DNA of 64,000 nt. It comes from Alphaproteobacteria bacterium (GTDB taxonomy: Bacteria; Pseudomonadota; Alphaproteobacteria; GCA-2731375). Numbering within the stretch: the first letter of the stretch is position 1; each line of letters opens with the position of its first letter. A model generated the notes under the pieces. It had not been told where the DNA came from and did not search any database. It saw only the letters and a list, made by a program, of their open reading frames with translations. Positions 1 to 10,527 of the stretch are shown in pieces. The translations under genes and the position numbers were made by a program. The stretch is from contig CBDDBZ010000039.1 of NCBI GenBank assembly GCA_965225945.1, forward strand, positions 320,001-384,000. Direction: 5' to 3'.

Positions 1-1
1 T

Positions 2-910
2 TTGCGACCCTCCGGCGTTACGGATAAATTGCTCGCGGAGGGAATGAAGTTCCACCAAGTTCGTATCTATCGCCATTCGTCTCTCGTTCTGGCTTTAACG
101 CTCGAGGTCAGCGGGGCGGACGGGGAGTTTATCTTGGGCCTCGCGCAAGATCGCACGGAGACACATTTGCGAGACGTTTTGTCTGAACTCGGTGGCGCGG
201 TGCGTTATGGGACCGAGTTGGTCGATCTTCACCAAGACGCGAATAAAGTAGCGATAGAAATGCGAGATGGCGCCAAGGCCGAATATGATTATGTGGTTGG
301 CGCCGATGGGGCCCGCAGTACAACGCGCGAATTGCTGAATATCGATTTTCGGGGATATGATCTGCCTGAAACATGGTCCATCGCGGATGTGGACGCCGAA
401 GGCTGGCCCCACACGAACACCTTCACCGTTTGCCAGTTGGGTGGGGGTGATGTGGTCGTGGTGGCGCCGCTCGAGCCCAAACGGTTACGGGTCGTTTCCA
501 ATACCGAGGATGCTCTCGCCGCGCTTCCGTTGAAATTGAATGTCACGAACGTTCGACGTGCGGGCGCGTTCCGAATAGCCGTTCGCCAGGTCGCCCAATA
601 TGGCGTCGGCCGGGTCTTTCTGGTCGGTGATGCCGCCCACTGCCATTCGCCGGTCGGTGGCCGGGGGATGAATCTCGGCATTGCCGATGGCGCCGAGCTG
701 GCACGCCGTATGGTCGAAGGCGGATTGGAAGGCTATGGCGAAGCCCGTCATGAGGTGGGTAGGAAAATCATTGCCGGGAGTGAAGCCGTCCGCAAGCTCA
801 TGACCTCACGCAATCCGGTCACGCGGTTCCTTGTTCTTGCCGTTTTACGAACCGCGTCCGTCATGCCGACGTTACAGCGTCAGTTTGCCAGGAAAATCCT
901 ATATGGTTGA
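2..910 (+). CDS. FAD-dependent monooxygenase (PheA/TfdB/UbiH-like), 5' truncated by window edge
   Basis: Motifs VVGADGARSTTR and VFLVGDAAHCHSPVGGRGMNLGIADG typical of group A flavoprotein hydroxylases. Confidence 0.85.
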   Translation: MRPSGVTDKLLAEGMKFHQVRIYRHSSLVLALTLEVSGADGEFILGLAQDRTETHLRDVLSELGGAVRYGTELVDLHQDANKVAIEMRDGAKAEYDYVVGADGARSTTRELLNIDFRGYDLPETWSIADVDAEGWPHTNTFTVCQLGGGDVVVVAPLEPKRLRVVSNTEDALAALPLKLNVTNVRRAGAFRIAVRQVAQYGVGRVFLVGDAAHCHSPVGGRGMNLGIADGAELARRMVEGGLEGYGEARHEVGRKIIAGSEAVRKLMTSRNPVTRFLVLAVLRTASVMPTLQRQFARKILYG

Positions 911-1158
911 TTTGATATATGAAAACATGATTGGCCGATACCATTGACAAACGACCACCCTTCGCCGCCCGGCCTGTAGCATTTCCGGTTAAGAACGTGC
1001 TCACCACGAATGCATTCCTATAAGATATTGTAACTGCCCAGGTAGCTGATTTCGATGAGGCTGCGGATTGGGTCTCTGGGGGCAGATTTTGTGGGTTTGG
1101 GGCGCTGACGGCCTAGATTTCGTTTGACAGAGGGTGGTTGATCGATTCTAAGGATTCG

Positions 1159-2135
1159 ATGGATAGGGATGTTCTTGCCTTTTTGTCGAAAGACGAGCTG
1201 ATCGATGTGGTGCTGGCCCAAGGGTCGCGGCTCGCCGAGTTCGAACTCCGGCTTGGTGAACTCGAGCGCCGGCTTGGCCTGAACAGCACGAACAGCGGCA
1301 AGCCACCGTCGAGCGATGGATTGAACAAGCCACCGGCGGGTAAAAAGAAGCGCACCAGGAGCCTCCGTAAGAAATCGGCCCGCAAGCCGGGCGGGCAAAA
1401 GGGCCACAAGGGCGAGACCCTGCGCCAAGTCGCCGATCCCGACGCCACCGTCGACCATTATCCCGAGACGTGCCAGTGGTGTGGTTCGGGATTGACGCCG
1501 GATATGGCTACCGGCCATGGGGCCCGCCAGGTTTTCGATCTACCCGAGCCCCGGCCCCTGGTGGTCACGGAGCATCGGGCGCATCGCTGCCGTTGCGGGC
1601 ATTGCGGCACGTACACTCGGGCTTCTTTTCCCGTCGCCATCACCGGCCCGGTTCAATACGGCGCTCGGATCGGAGCCATGGTGGTCTACCTGTCGCACTA
1701 CCAACTCCTGCCCGAGGACCGCCTGGCTGAATTGATGAAGGATCTGTTCGGGGCGGAACTGTCTCCGGCGAGCCTCGCGCGGAGGGGCGGGAACAGCGCC
1801 GAGTCCGTCCAAGGCGTCGTCGATGTGATCCGCGAACTGGTGAAATCGGCGCCGGTCAAGCACATGGACGAGACCGGCTTGCGGATCGCCGGGCGGACCC
1901 AATGGTTGCACGTCGCCTCGACCGCGCGGTTGACCTTCTATCGGGTCTCGGAGCGACGCGGCAGCCTGCTCGGCGGAGTCGGCGGCATCGTCGTCCATGA
2001 CCACTGGAAGCCGTACTTTACGATGGAGGGCGTACGGCACGCGCTGTGCAACGCCCATCACCTGCGCGAGTTGCAAGCCCTGATCGAGATCGAGAAGGAG
2101 GGCTGGGCACGCAAGATGCAGAGACTATTGCGCCG
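1159..2135 (+). pseudogene. IS66 transposase, N-terminal part (interrupted)
   Basis: LNSTNSGKPPSSD, CxxC...HRCRCGHC, HMDETG, VHDHW, CNAHHLREL; frame broken at ...MQRLLR by the IS4/IS21 insertions. Confidence 0.9.
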
Positions 2136-3358
2136 CACAGTACACGACTCGTTCATGCTGGCTTTGGCCTGGGCACCTGGACTGGTGGTTTTCCGGGGAC
2201 GAGGAAACGAATCAGCTCAATGGCTTGACGCCTGTCGATAGGATTGACGAGCTGTCGCCTTATCCACTCGAAACCGTATCGGAAGATGGATTTTGCCATC
2301 CTTTTGTGGGTTTTGAGGCGGATCGGCTCGGCCTCGTGGAGCCAATCGCCGACTTTGTGCGCCCAGCAGAAGGTGATGGAAAGGACGGCGGTGAGCTTGG
2401 AGATGCGCTCCGGGTCGGTCATGTGGGTGTCTTCGAGGTTGAAGCCACGGGTTTTCAAGGCGGCGAAGAGGGTCTCGATTTGCCAGCGCTGGGCGTAGAT
2501 GGCCAAGGCCTCCTCGGGCGCGTCGTTGGTCACGACGATCAACAGTTCGCCGGTCTTGAGATGGAGCGCGGCGACGAAGACGGGCCTGGCCTTGGGTTTT
2601 CTGGCCTCCGAGAGGCGCCTGGCGTTGGAGAGGATGCGGCTTTCCCCGGGTTTGAGGTCGCGAAACAGCTCCCTCGCCTTGACCATGCGACCACGCGTGT
2701 TGGCGATCTTGATGTTGGATCGGATGCGGATGTGAAAGGGGATGGCCTTTTCCTGCAACCATGCCAGCCAGGCGTCGCCGATGAATTCCCGGTCGGCCAG
2801 GAGGCTGGCGATCTTGTCGACCCCGAAGAGCCGGAGGACGTGTTCGAGGATCGCGATCCGCTCCTTGGTATTGGAATTGCCCGCCTTGTCGAGCACCCGC
2901 CAGCACACGGGAATGGCGATGGCGCGGTTGACGATGCCGATCATCAAGATGTTGACGTCGCGGCGACCCAGCCGCCAGTTGGTCCGGTCCATGGTCAGCC
3001 GCCACGGCCCCGCCTGGAGCCCCATCATCGCGACCAGGAACTCGGCGAGGCGATCGTAATCGAAATCGACTTGCTCGAAAAACCGTTGCAGGCGCCGATA
3101 GTTGGAGCTGGATCGCGCGCGCCCCGGAAAGTGGCAGGCCAAGTGAGAGAGGTTCACCGTCCGGGCGACGAACACGCCGAAGACCAAGACGCAAAGGCTC
3201 TCCAGACGGCTCTTGCGAAAGGCGAAGCCGCATCGTAGCGTCTCACGCAGGGCGTTGATCGGGTTGTCTCGCATGATTTCCCTCTTGACTCGTCGTGGAG
3301 TGAATCGGGAATCCTACAACCTTTTCAACGTCCTACGTAAATGCCGTCGTGTACCATG
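2136..3358 (-). mobile_element. IS4-family element
   Basis: TIRs CACAGTACACGAC / CATGGTACACGAC (11/13); 9-bp TSD ATTGCGCCG at 2127-2135 and 3359-3367. Confidence 0.9.
2153..3274 (-). CDS. IS4-family DDE transposase (intact)
   Basis: MDRTNW, LADREFIG and the Y-x2-R-x3-E-x6-K signature YAQRWQIETLFAALK. Confidence 0.9.
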   Translation of the reverse strand: MRDNPINALRETLRCGFAFRKSRLESLCVLVFGVFVARTVNLSHLACHFPGRARSSSNYRRLQRFFEQVDFDYDRLAEFLVAMMGLQAGPWRLTMDRTNWRLGRRDVNILMIGIVNRAIAIPVCWRVLDKAGNSNTKERIAILEHVLRLFGVDKIASLLADREFIGDAWLAWLQEKAIPFHIRIRSNIKIANTRGRMVKARELFRDLKPGESRILSNARRLSEARKPKARPVFVAALHLKTGELLIVVTNDAPEEALAIYAQRWQIETLFAALKTRGFNLEDTHMTDPERISKLTAVLSITFCWAHKVGDWLHEAEPIRLKTHKRMAKSIFRYGFEWIRRQLVNPIDRRQAIELIRFLVPGKPPVQVPRPKPA

Positions 3359-3570
3359 ATTGCGCCGTGTCAATCGGCGTTGAACATTGACCCCCTATCG
3401 GCGTGCAATGTTGACCGCTTTGGGGATGCACGGCGGAGGTCGTACAGGTAGTCCATAGGAGGGGCCCGCGCGCGGGCCGACGCGCCCACCACGCGGCTGG
3501 CGGCGGACCGCGCGTGGGAGGTTCCTGTGGGCCCACCTGGGCGACCGGGCCGCAGGTGGATCGGTTGCCT

Positions 3571-4299
3571 TTAGGACCGATTCTTGAAGCGCCAGGAGTC
3601 GTTTCCGGTCTCGATGATCTCGCAGTGGTGCGTCAGACGATCGAGGAGCGCGGTGGTCATCTTGGCGTCGCCGAAGACGGACGGCCATTCGCCGAAGGTC
3701 AGGTTGGTGGTGACGATGATCGAGGTGCGCTCGTAGAGCCGGCTGACGAGGTGGAACAGCAGCTGGCCTCCGGTTTGGGCGAAGGGCAGGTAGCCGAGCT
3801 CGTCGAGGATGACGAGGTCGCGCCGGGCCAGCTGATCGGCGAGCCGGCCCTGGCGGCCGGCGCGGGCTTCGGCCTCGAGCCGGTTGACCAGGTCGACGAC
3901 GTTGAAGAAGCGGCCCCGGGCGCCATCGCGGATGCAGGCCCGCGCGATGGCGACGGCGAGATGGCTCTTGCCGGTGCCGGTGCCGCCGATCAGCACGGCG
4001 TTGCGCTGGTTGGCCAGGAAGCCGCCGACCGCCAACTCGCGGACCAGCGGCTCGTTGACCGGGGTGTCGGTGAAGTCGAAGTCGGCCAGCTCCTTGGCCA
4101 GCGGCAGCTTGGCGCCACTCATCTGGTACTTGATGGATCGCGCCTGCTTGTCGGCGATCTCGGCCTTCAACAGCTCGCCGATGATTCGCTGCATCGGATG
4201 CTGGCGCTTGAGGCCGTCGGCGAGCACCTCGTCGAACGCGTCGCGCATGCCGGCGAGCTTGAGTGCGGCCATCATCTCCAGGACCTCATGGCGCTCCAT
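3571..4299 (-). CDS. istB: IS21 helper ATPase IstB (outer element)
   Basis: Walker A GGTGTGKS, Walker [27 protein letters not shown]. Confidence 0.93.
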   Translation of the reverse strand: MERHEVLEMMAALKLAGMRDAFDEVLADGLKRQHPMQRIIGELLKAEIADKQARSIKYQMSGAKLPLAKELADFDFTDTPVNEPLVRELAVGGFLANQRNAVLIGGTGTGKSHLAVAIARACIRDGARGRFFNVVDLVNRLEAEARAGRQGRLADQLARRDLVILDELGYLPFAQTGGQLLFHLVSRLYERTSIIVTTNLTFGEWPSVFGDAKMTTALLDRLTHHCEIIETGNDSWRFKNRS

Positions 4300-4480
4300 G
4301 GCCGACCCCCCTCAAGCGGTCGTAGCGGGTGCAATCGGCCACCGGCTCAAAGCGAAGACGCAGGTTCGCGGGCGTCGGGATCGGCGCCGTCTCGGACGGC
4401 TGGCGCCGACGATTGAGGATGTTGAGCACGACGTCGGCGCTGCACACGCCGCCAGCGAGCGCCTCGGCACAGGCGGCCTC
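4286..4480 (-). pseudogene. istA: Outer IstA C-terminal fragment
   Basis: EAACAEALAGG...[10 protein letters not shown] continues ...GLAAV of 8628-9944 in frame after removing 4487-8627 and one TSD copy. Confidence 0.88.
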
Positions 4481-4599
4481 CACCGCTGTTAGCGGTGGTT
4501 CCAGGGTGCGCTTATATGGTGCTCTTTTTGAGCGGTCGGTGGCGGTTGGCTGACGGGATGCTTTTGGGCTTGGCTGATTTTGTTTCGCGCTGTGGCTAT

Positions 4600-5496
4600 T
4601 CAGTCGAGGGGCCGGTCATCGATCTGGAGCGGTTCGCCGGCGCGGTCGCGCATGAGCATGTCGTTCCAGTCCAGGCCGTCGAGGGCAGGGCGCAGGCGGA
4701 CGACCCTGCTGTCGTTTCGGATGAGCCGTGCCGCGGCGTCATCGCCCTGGCGGGTGGCGTCGTAGGCGCAGAAGATCCGGCCGGGGTTCCAGGCCTCGAT
4801 CCATTCGGGGAGGCTTGCGGTGGCGCCGCCGGTTGAGACCACGGCGCATCCCTTGCGCCCGGCCGGGACGAGGTGGAGGGAGAGGACCGACAGGGCGTCG
4901 ATTGCGTTCTTGGCGAGGATGACGGAGTTCGGCCAGTCGGGTTCCCACGACATCCAGAAGCCGCCGCGCGCGGCGGCGCCGGTCGGCGCGAGGCGGCGTG
5001 GCGCCGCGGCAGGGACGATCTCGGCGCCGAGAGCCTCGCCGGCCGCGTTTCGGCGGACGAACACGGCGTTGCCGTGGCGGTCGGCGTAGAGCAAGCCGAG
5101 GTCGCGGCACAGGGCGACGAGCACATCCGCGAGGCCGCGCTGCTCGACGAGGTAGCTCTGGATGGCGGGCCAGTGGCGGTCCGGGCACGGCGGCTTCGGG
5201 TGGCGATCGGCCGGGAACCGGTCACGGCACGGCAGTTCCGAGAAGAAGCCGAGGGCCTCGGGCACGGTGCACCGGCAGGCATGGATTACCAGGTCGATCG
5301 CTCCGCCCCCGCCCTCGCCGCGCAGATGTTCGTAGAACATAAAGCCGTTGATGCTGATGACGGATCCGGGACGCCTCCAGCGCGCGGCATCGGTGGGATC
5401 GCGGCGGTAGCCGAGGCGGCGGACGACGTCTTCGAGGGGATAGCCTCGCAGGGCCTCGGCCCGCACCCGCCGGTCCCAGAGGCGGGGACCATCCAT
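4600..5496 (-). CDS. DUF3991/Toprim (primase-like) domain protein, passenger of inner IS21
   Basis: GGGAIDLV (primase Zn-domain-like), YLVEQRGL, LYADRHGNAVF, NAIDALS, CAYDA...GDDAA, DWNDML. Confidence 0.7.
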   Translation of the reverse strand: MDGPRLWDRRVRAEALRGYPLEDVVRRLGYRRDPTDAARWRRPGSVISINGFMFYEHLRGEGGGGAIDLVIHACRCTVPEALGFFSELPCRDRFPADRHPKPPCPDRHWPAIQSYLVEQRGLADVLVALCRDLGLLYADRHGNAVFVRRNAAGEALGAEIVPAAAPRRLAPTGAAARGGFWMSWEPDWPNSVILAKNAIDALSVLSLHLVPAGRKGCAVVSTGGATASLPEWIEAWNPGRIFCAYDATRQGDDAAARLIRNDSRVVRLRPALDGLDWNDMLMRDRAGEPLQIDDRPLD

Positions 5497-5498
5497 GG

Positions 5499-6287
5499 CT
5501 ACGCCGGCGGCGGTTCCCCGCGGTCCTGCACGCCGGCCTTGCCGGCTCGCCGCCGGCGGCGCTCGGCGCTGCGCTGCTTCTGGCGTTCCTCGGCCTCCTT
5601 GCGGCGCCAGGACTCGGCGTCGATGGCGATGATCTCGGCGTTGTGGACGAGGCGGTCGACCAGGGCGACGAGGCAGGCGGCGTTGGGGAAGGCCTCACCC
5701 CACTCGGCGAAGGGCCGGTTGGTGGTGATTATGGTGGAGTTCTGCTGGCTGCGGCTGGAGACGATGTTGAACAGCAGATCGGCATGGCGGTTGCTGTAGG
5801 ACAGGTATCCGACCTCGTCGATCACCAGCAGGTGCTGGCGGGCGTAGAAGCGCAGCCTGCGCTGAAGCAGGGTGTCGCTGTCGAGGGCGGCGAGCTCGCC
5901 GAGCATGCTGGCCGCGGTGGCGAAGCGCACGGTGTGGCCCTCGAGGACGGCGCGGTGGGCGATATTGGCGGCGATGGTCGACTTGCCGACGCCGTTTGGG
6001 CCGACCAGGACGACGTTGGCGGCCTCGTTGAGGAACTCGAGGCTCATGAGATCCTCGACGGCCATGCGGTCGCAGCGGCGCGGCCATGCCCAGTCGAAGT
6101 CGGCGAGCGGCTTGAACTGTCCGAGGCGGGCGTCGCCGAGGCGGCGCTTGAGGCTGCGGCTTCGCCGTTCCTCCTCTTCCCAGGCGACCAGCGCAGCGGG
6201 CCAGTCATGCCCGGCGACCTCGCCCCAGTGGGCGGCGAGGCCGTGCAGGCCGAGCGCCCGGGCACGGCCCATGAGGGTATCGTTCAT
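5499..6287 (-). CDS. istB: IS21 helper ATPase IstB (inner element)
   Basis: Start MNDTLM overlaps istA stop (ATGA); [24 protein letters not shown]. Confidence 0.92.
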   Translation of the reverse strand: MNDTLMGRARALGLHGLAAHWGEVAGHDWPAALVAWEEEERRSRSLKRRLGDARLGQFKPLADFDWAWPRRCDRMAVEDLMSLEFLNEAANVVLVGPNGVGKSTIAANIAHRAVLEGHTVRFATAASMLGELAALDSDTLLQRRLRFYARQHLLVIDEVGYLSYSNRHADLLFNIVSSRSQQNSTIITTNRPFAEWGEAFPNAACLVALVDRLVHNAEIIAIDAESWRRKEAEERQKQRSAERRRRRAGKAGVQDRGEPPPA

Positions 6288-7789
6288 TGCTCGCTGTCCT
6301 CCTCGGGTTCGCCGGCCAGCCCGTCGTATCCGACGAGGTCGTGATCGCGGACAGTGATGTCGCGCACTCTCGGATCGCCGGGCAGTTCGACGGGGATGGG
6401 CGGGGGTTGGTGCCGCAGCTCGCGCCGCCGGGTCAGGCTCAGGCGCACGGCGTTGGGATGGGGAACGTCCCGCTTCAGGGCCTCGTCGATGGCCGCCTCG
6501 AGCTCGGCGGCGCCGTAGGCGTCGAGGAGGCGCAACAGGGCGGCGACGGTGGCGCCTATATAGCCGCCGCGCTGGGCGGCCTCGGCGAGCAGGCGCTCGC
6601 TGTTGGGCGCGGCCTGGACCAGCCGGTCCTGGCCGCGAAGGCGGCGGGCATGGCTCTTGCGCCTGACCAGCTCGGCGATGTGCTCGGGGTTCTCGATGCG
6701 GGCCGCCTTGTCGAAGCTGCGCGGATGGCTGGCGATGACGTCCACACCGTCGAGGATGCGCACCTCGTCGAGCGTCGCGACCACGACGAGGGTGCGCCGC
6801 ACATGGGTGTGCGGCACGCTGTAATCGTTGAGATCGAAGCGGGCGTAGGGGGTCTTGCCGATGGCGACCTCGACCCGGTCGTGGTCGGGGAAGGGATCGC
6901 CGGGCAGCGCGATGAGAGAGCCGCGTTCCCGCTCGAAGGCCTCGCGCACGGTGATCGAGCGGTCTTCGGGCCAGGGGCGGTCGGCGGCGATGCCGTGGCA
7001 CCAGGCCAGGGCCTGGGCGTTGAGATCGTCGATATCGCGCCACCGGCGGGCGGCGAAGAAGCTGGTCCGGACATAGCGAATCGCCCGCTCCACGCGCCCC
7101 TTCTCGTTGCCGCGCGCGACCGCGACGGGCTTGGGCAGGAAGTGGTAGTGGCCGGCGAGGTCGAGGATCCGGGGATTGAACCGGATGGCGGCGCCGCGGC
7201 GCTCCAGCACGACGCTCTTCAGGTTGTCGTACCAGAGCTCGCGGGGCACGCCCTGCCACGCCTCGAAGGCTTCGACATGGCCGCGCAGGAAGTTGCTCAT
7301 CCCGGCGTCGAGGTAGAAGCGCAGGAAGATCCGCCGCGAGTAGCTGAGAACCATCACGAAGCCCATCAGGCGGCGCTCCGCGCGGCCGATCGTCACCTTG
7401 CCGAAGTGTCCCCAGTCGACCTGGGCCTGCTCGCCGGGAAGGGTCTTGAGGCGCAGATAGGCCTCGGCCACGGGCCTGGGCCTGAAGTGGCTGAGCAGAT
7501 GACGGAAGTGGTCGCCGCCGCCCGGATAGCCGCGTTCGCGCACCATCTGGTAGAGCCGGCTGGCGGGCAGCGTCGGCCAGGATGCCAGCGTCTCGGCGAT
7601 GAACGGCACGTATGGATCGATCATCGACGGCCTGGGCGACCTCGCGTCCCGGGGCTCGCCGGCCGCGGTGAGGAGGCGCTCGACGGTGTAGCGATGCACG
7701 CCGAGCTGGCGTGTGATCGTGCCGACCGTCCACTTCTCGACGTGATACAGGCGCAGGATCTCCGCGCGGGTCTCCTTGTCGATGGTCAT
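6284..7789 (-). CDS. istA: IS21 transposase IstA (inner element, intact)
   Basis: N-terminal [27 protein letters not shown]. Confidence 0.92.
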   Translation of the reverse strand: MTIDKETRAEILRLYHVEKWTVGTITRQLGVHRYTVERLLTAAGEPRDARSPRPSMIDPYVPFIAETLASWPTLPASRLYQMVRERGYPGGGDHFRHLLSHFRPRPVAEAYLRLKTLPGEQAQVDWGHFGKVTIGRAERRLMGFVMVLSYSRRIFLRFYLDAGMSNFLRGHVEAFEAWQGVPRELWYDNLKSVVLERRGAAIRFNPRILDLAGHYHFLPKPVAVARGNEKGRVERAIRYVRTSFFAARRWRDIDDLNAQALAWCHGIAADRPWPEDRSITVREAFERERGSLIALPGDPFPDHDRVEVAIGKTPYARFDLNDYSVPHTHVRRTLVVVATLDEVRILDGVDVIASHPRSFDKAARIENPEHIAELVRRKSHARRLRGQDRLVQAAPNSERLLAEAAQRGGYIGATVAALLRLLDAYGAAELEAAIDEALKRDVPHPNAVRLSLTRRRELRHQPPPIPVELPGDPRVRDITVRDHDLVGYDGLAGEPEEDSEQ

Positions 7790-8226
7790 CTCACCCCCTT
7801 TCCCGTCGGGCGCAGCCCCGGATAGACCGCCTGCCCGCAGAACCGGCCGCAGCGATCGCAGCGGAAGACCCTGGCGGGCCGCTCGTGCCCGAAGGGCCGT
7901 GTTCCGGGACGCCCTGCCGGCGTCCGCGCCACAACAGGACGCCGCCGCGCGGCGGTCAAAGGGTGATGCGTCACTTCCTGCCCGCGGCGCCGATTCACCG
8001 GCGTCCGGCGCCGCCGGCGTTCGCGATAGCGCCGCTGGCGCTCAGCATGCTTGTGACGGCCCCGCCGGCTGTTCTGGTAGCGCTGCCCGGCATGGCGCTG
8101 CGATCGCCGGCGCACCCGATCGCTGCAGCTCCGTGAACAGTAGATGTTGCCGTGGTCGCAGTGCCGGCAGAGAACCACCTGTTGATGGCACGAGGCGCAG
8201 TTGAACAGGCGGGCGGTGTTCTTCAT
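7786..8226 (-). CDS. Cys-rich putative Zn-binding, Arg-rich protein upstream of istA
   Basis: CASC, CRHC, YCSRSC and C-terminal CDRCGRFC; stop overlaps istA ATG (ATGA); start codon choice uncertain. Confidence 0.65.
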   Translation of the reverse strand: MKNTARLFNCASCHQQVVLCRHCDHGNIYCSRSCSDRVRRRSQRHAGQRYQNSRRGRHKHAERQRRYRERRRRRTPVNRRRGQEVTHHPLTAARRRPVVARTPAGRPGTRPFGHERPARVFRCDRCGRFCGQAVYPGLRPTGKGVR

Positions 8227-8627
8227 CGCGCAGCCGATGAGAACGGGGTGGACCCACGCCCAAACCCGCACGATACTGCGCATATGGGTCGTGCCTTGCA
8301 TGGCTCGGGGGGTGCGGTGCCGGTCGTTGCCAGCAAGCAAACGGGGCCGGCGCCGCATCGTTCTCAGCGGCCCGAGTGTACTCCCGCGGCTCCCCTTGTC
8401 AGGTCCGCGGAACCGCCGCCGCCAGCCAGCCAAAACAGGAATCGAGACGCCCGCCCGCGGTGGATAAGCAGCCCGCCGCCGCCAGACTCTTGGCGGTCGC
8501 TGCGGCGGGCTACTTACCCACCGCTGCGCCGAGCCAACTCCCGCCTGCAAACCACGCAGCTACAGCGCCACGATGCCCGATGTCGCTGAAATCACCATCT
8601 AAGCGCGGTTTTTCATCGCCACCGACA

Positions 8628-9944
8628 CACCGCCGCCAGCCCATCCGCCAGCACGGCGGTGAGGATCTCGACCATCTGCCTGTCGCCGTCGTCGTGGCCG
8701 GCGAGCCGGACGCGCACGCGACCCAGGGCGCCGGGCAGCGCCCAGTCCTTGAACGGCGCGCCGTTACGAAGCGCACCGGGCTTCCTCGCCAGCACGGGCA
8801 CGTAGTGCCACGGGTCATAGACGGTCTGGTCGCGGCCGAAGCGCCGGGCATGCTCGGCGACGATCTCGCCGTCCTGGCGGATGACGATGCGATCGGCGTA
8901 GGCATGGACCTCGACCGGACGGCCGACGGCGCGCGCCGCCACGCTGTACTTGTTGCTGTCGAAGCGCACCAGGCAGGTCTTCGACACCGACGCCGGGACC
9001 GCGTGGAAGCCGTCGAACGGCCCGCGATAGCCGACCAGGGACGGACGCTCGTCCTCGAACACCTGCCAGACAGTCCTGTCCTTGAACACCGGGTGGGGAT
9101 GACGCCGGGCGTAGGCGACGCACTGGTCCAAGAGCCAGGCGTTGAGCTCGTCGTAGGTCTTGAAGCGCAGCCGCGGGGTGAAGAACCGACCGCGGATGAT
9201 CCCGACCTGGTTCTCGACCTGCCCCTTCTCCCATCCCGCTCCCGGCGTGCATGCTGTCGGTTCGACCAGGTAGTGGCCACACATCTGCACGAAGCGCCGG
9301 TTGAACGCGCGCTCCTTGCCGATGAGGACGGTCTGCACCGCCGTCTTCATGTTGTCGTAGATGCCTCGCCGGCAGGCACCCTGGAACAGCCGGAATGCCC
9401 GGTCGTGGGCGTCGAACACCATCTCCTGGCTCTCGCGCGGATAAGCGCGGACGAAGAACATTCGGCTGTGGCACAGCCGGACGTGCGCGACCTTGACCTT
9501 GGTCGTCACCCCCGCCAGCACCACGTACTCGTGGCTCCAGTCGAACTGATAGGCCTCGCCCGGCGAGAACACCAACGGCACATAGGTCTGCGCCGTCGAT
9601 GCCGAACGGCGCCACCGCCACGCCTTGGCGTAGCGCCGCACCGCGTCGTAGCCGCCGCCATAGCCCAGACCCTCGAGGGCTTCGGAGATCCGTAGCAGCG
9701 TCAGCCGCTCCCGCTTCGACTTGGTCTCGTTGGCCTCCAGCATCCGCTCCAGCTCGGCCGTCCACGGCCCCAGCTTCGGCATCGGCTGGACCCGCCGGTC
9801 GTAGGTGAACGCCGTCGCCTGCGAACGGATCACCTTGCGCACCGTGTTGCCCGAGACCTTCACGTCCCGCACGATCTCCTTGATCGGCTTCCCCTTGACG
9901 AAATACTCCCGCCGGATCCGCGCTATCGTCTCCACGACCAACAT
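8628..9944 (-). pseudogene. istA: Outer IstA N-terminal part (interrupted)
   Basis: PGEAYQFDWS, YDNMKT, WEKGQVENQV; broken by inner IS21. Confidence 0.9.
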
Positions 9945-10064
9945 CCCCCACCACCTCGTCCGCCCAAAAACGAGGTGACTTGGACTAGCCAGGCTCAGGG
10001 GGTCAAATTTGGACGCCGATCACCCCTCAACAGGGGTCAACTTTGCACGCCGTTCCACACGCCG

Positions 10065-10527
10065 CGCCTGCCACGCGGTAAATCTCGCCCGGGAGCGGGG
10101 CGTGGCGCTGAAACCAGGCCTCGTCGAGCGCTTCCGAGGGTGTTACGACGCGATCACGGCCGAGGGCATCGCCTTTCACGAGGCACAACCTCCTCTTGCG
10201 CCCAGATCGAGCAAGGCCAAGCGCCGGGGAAGCAAGCCGCGCCGCACCGGGCACAACCTTCTCCGGCGCCTTCAGACACACAAGGAAGACGCGCTGCGCT
10301 TCCTCATCAATTTCGCCGTGCCGTTCACCAACAATCAGGCCGAGCAGGACGGGCGCATGATGAAGGTCAAGCAGAAAATCTCCGGCGGCTTCCGCAGCCA
10401 GAAAGGCGCCGAAGACTTTGCCACCGTCCGCGGCTTCATCTCGACCGCCAGAAAACAGGGCTGGAACATCATCCAGGCGCTCATGGAAAATCCCGAAACC
10501 CTGATCGAGCGTCTCCACGCCGCCTAA
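10065..10527 (+). pseudogene. IS66 transposase, C-terminal part
   Basis: ACHAVNLAR...VPFTNNQAEQDGRMMKVKQKISGGFRS; rejoins 1159-2135 in frame (1440 nt total). Confidence 0.9.

Larger units (their letters stand above)
4487..8627 (-). mobile_element. IS21-family element (inner), 4141 bp, four genes
   Basis: TGT...ACA ends sharing GCGCTTA(T/G)ATGGTG; 6-bp TSD CACCGC at 4481-4486 and 8628-8633. Confidence 0.9.
3368..10059 (-). mobile_element. IS21-family element (outer), istA disrupted
   Basis: TGT...ACA ends with repeated CGGCGT..A..TTGACC subterminal motifs; 5-bp TSD CGCCG at 3363-3367 and 10060-10064. Confidence 0.9.

Noticed and set aside
2260-2268. DnaA-box-like TTATCCACT (also TTATCCATG at 42719)
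   Set aside because: Isolated imperfect matches, one inside a transposase gene; no cluster or unwinding element
5499-7733. 744-aa ORF suggesting an N-terminally extended IstB
   Set aside because: The upstream part is an alternative frame of istA with low-complexity Arg/Pro content; IstB starts at 6287 by ATGA overlap
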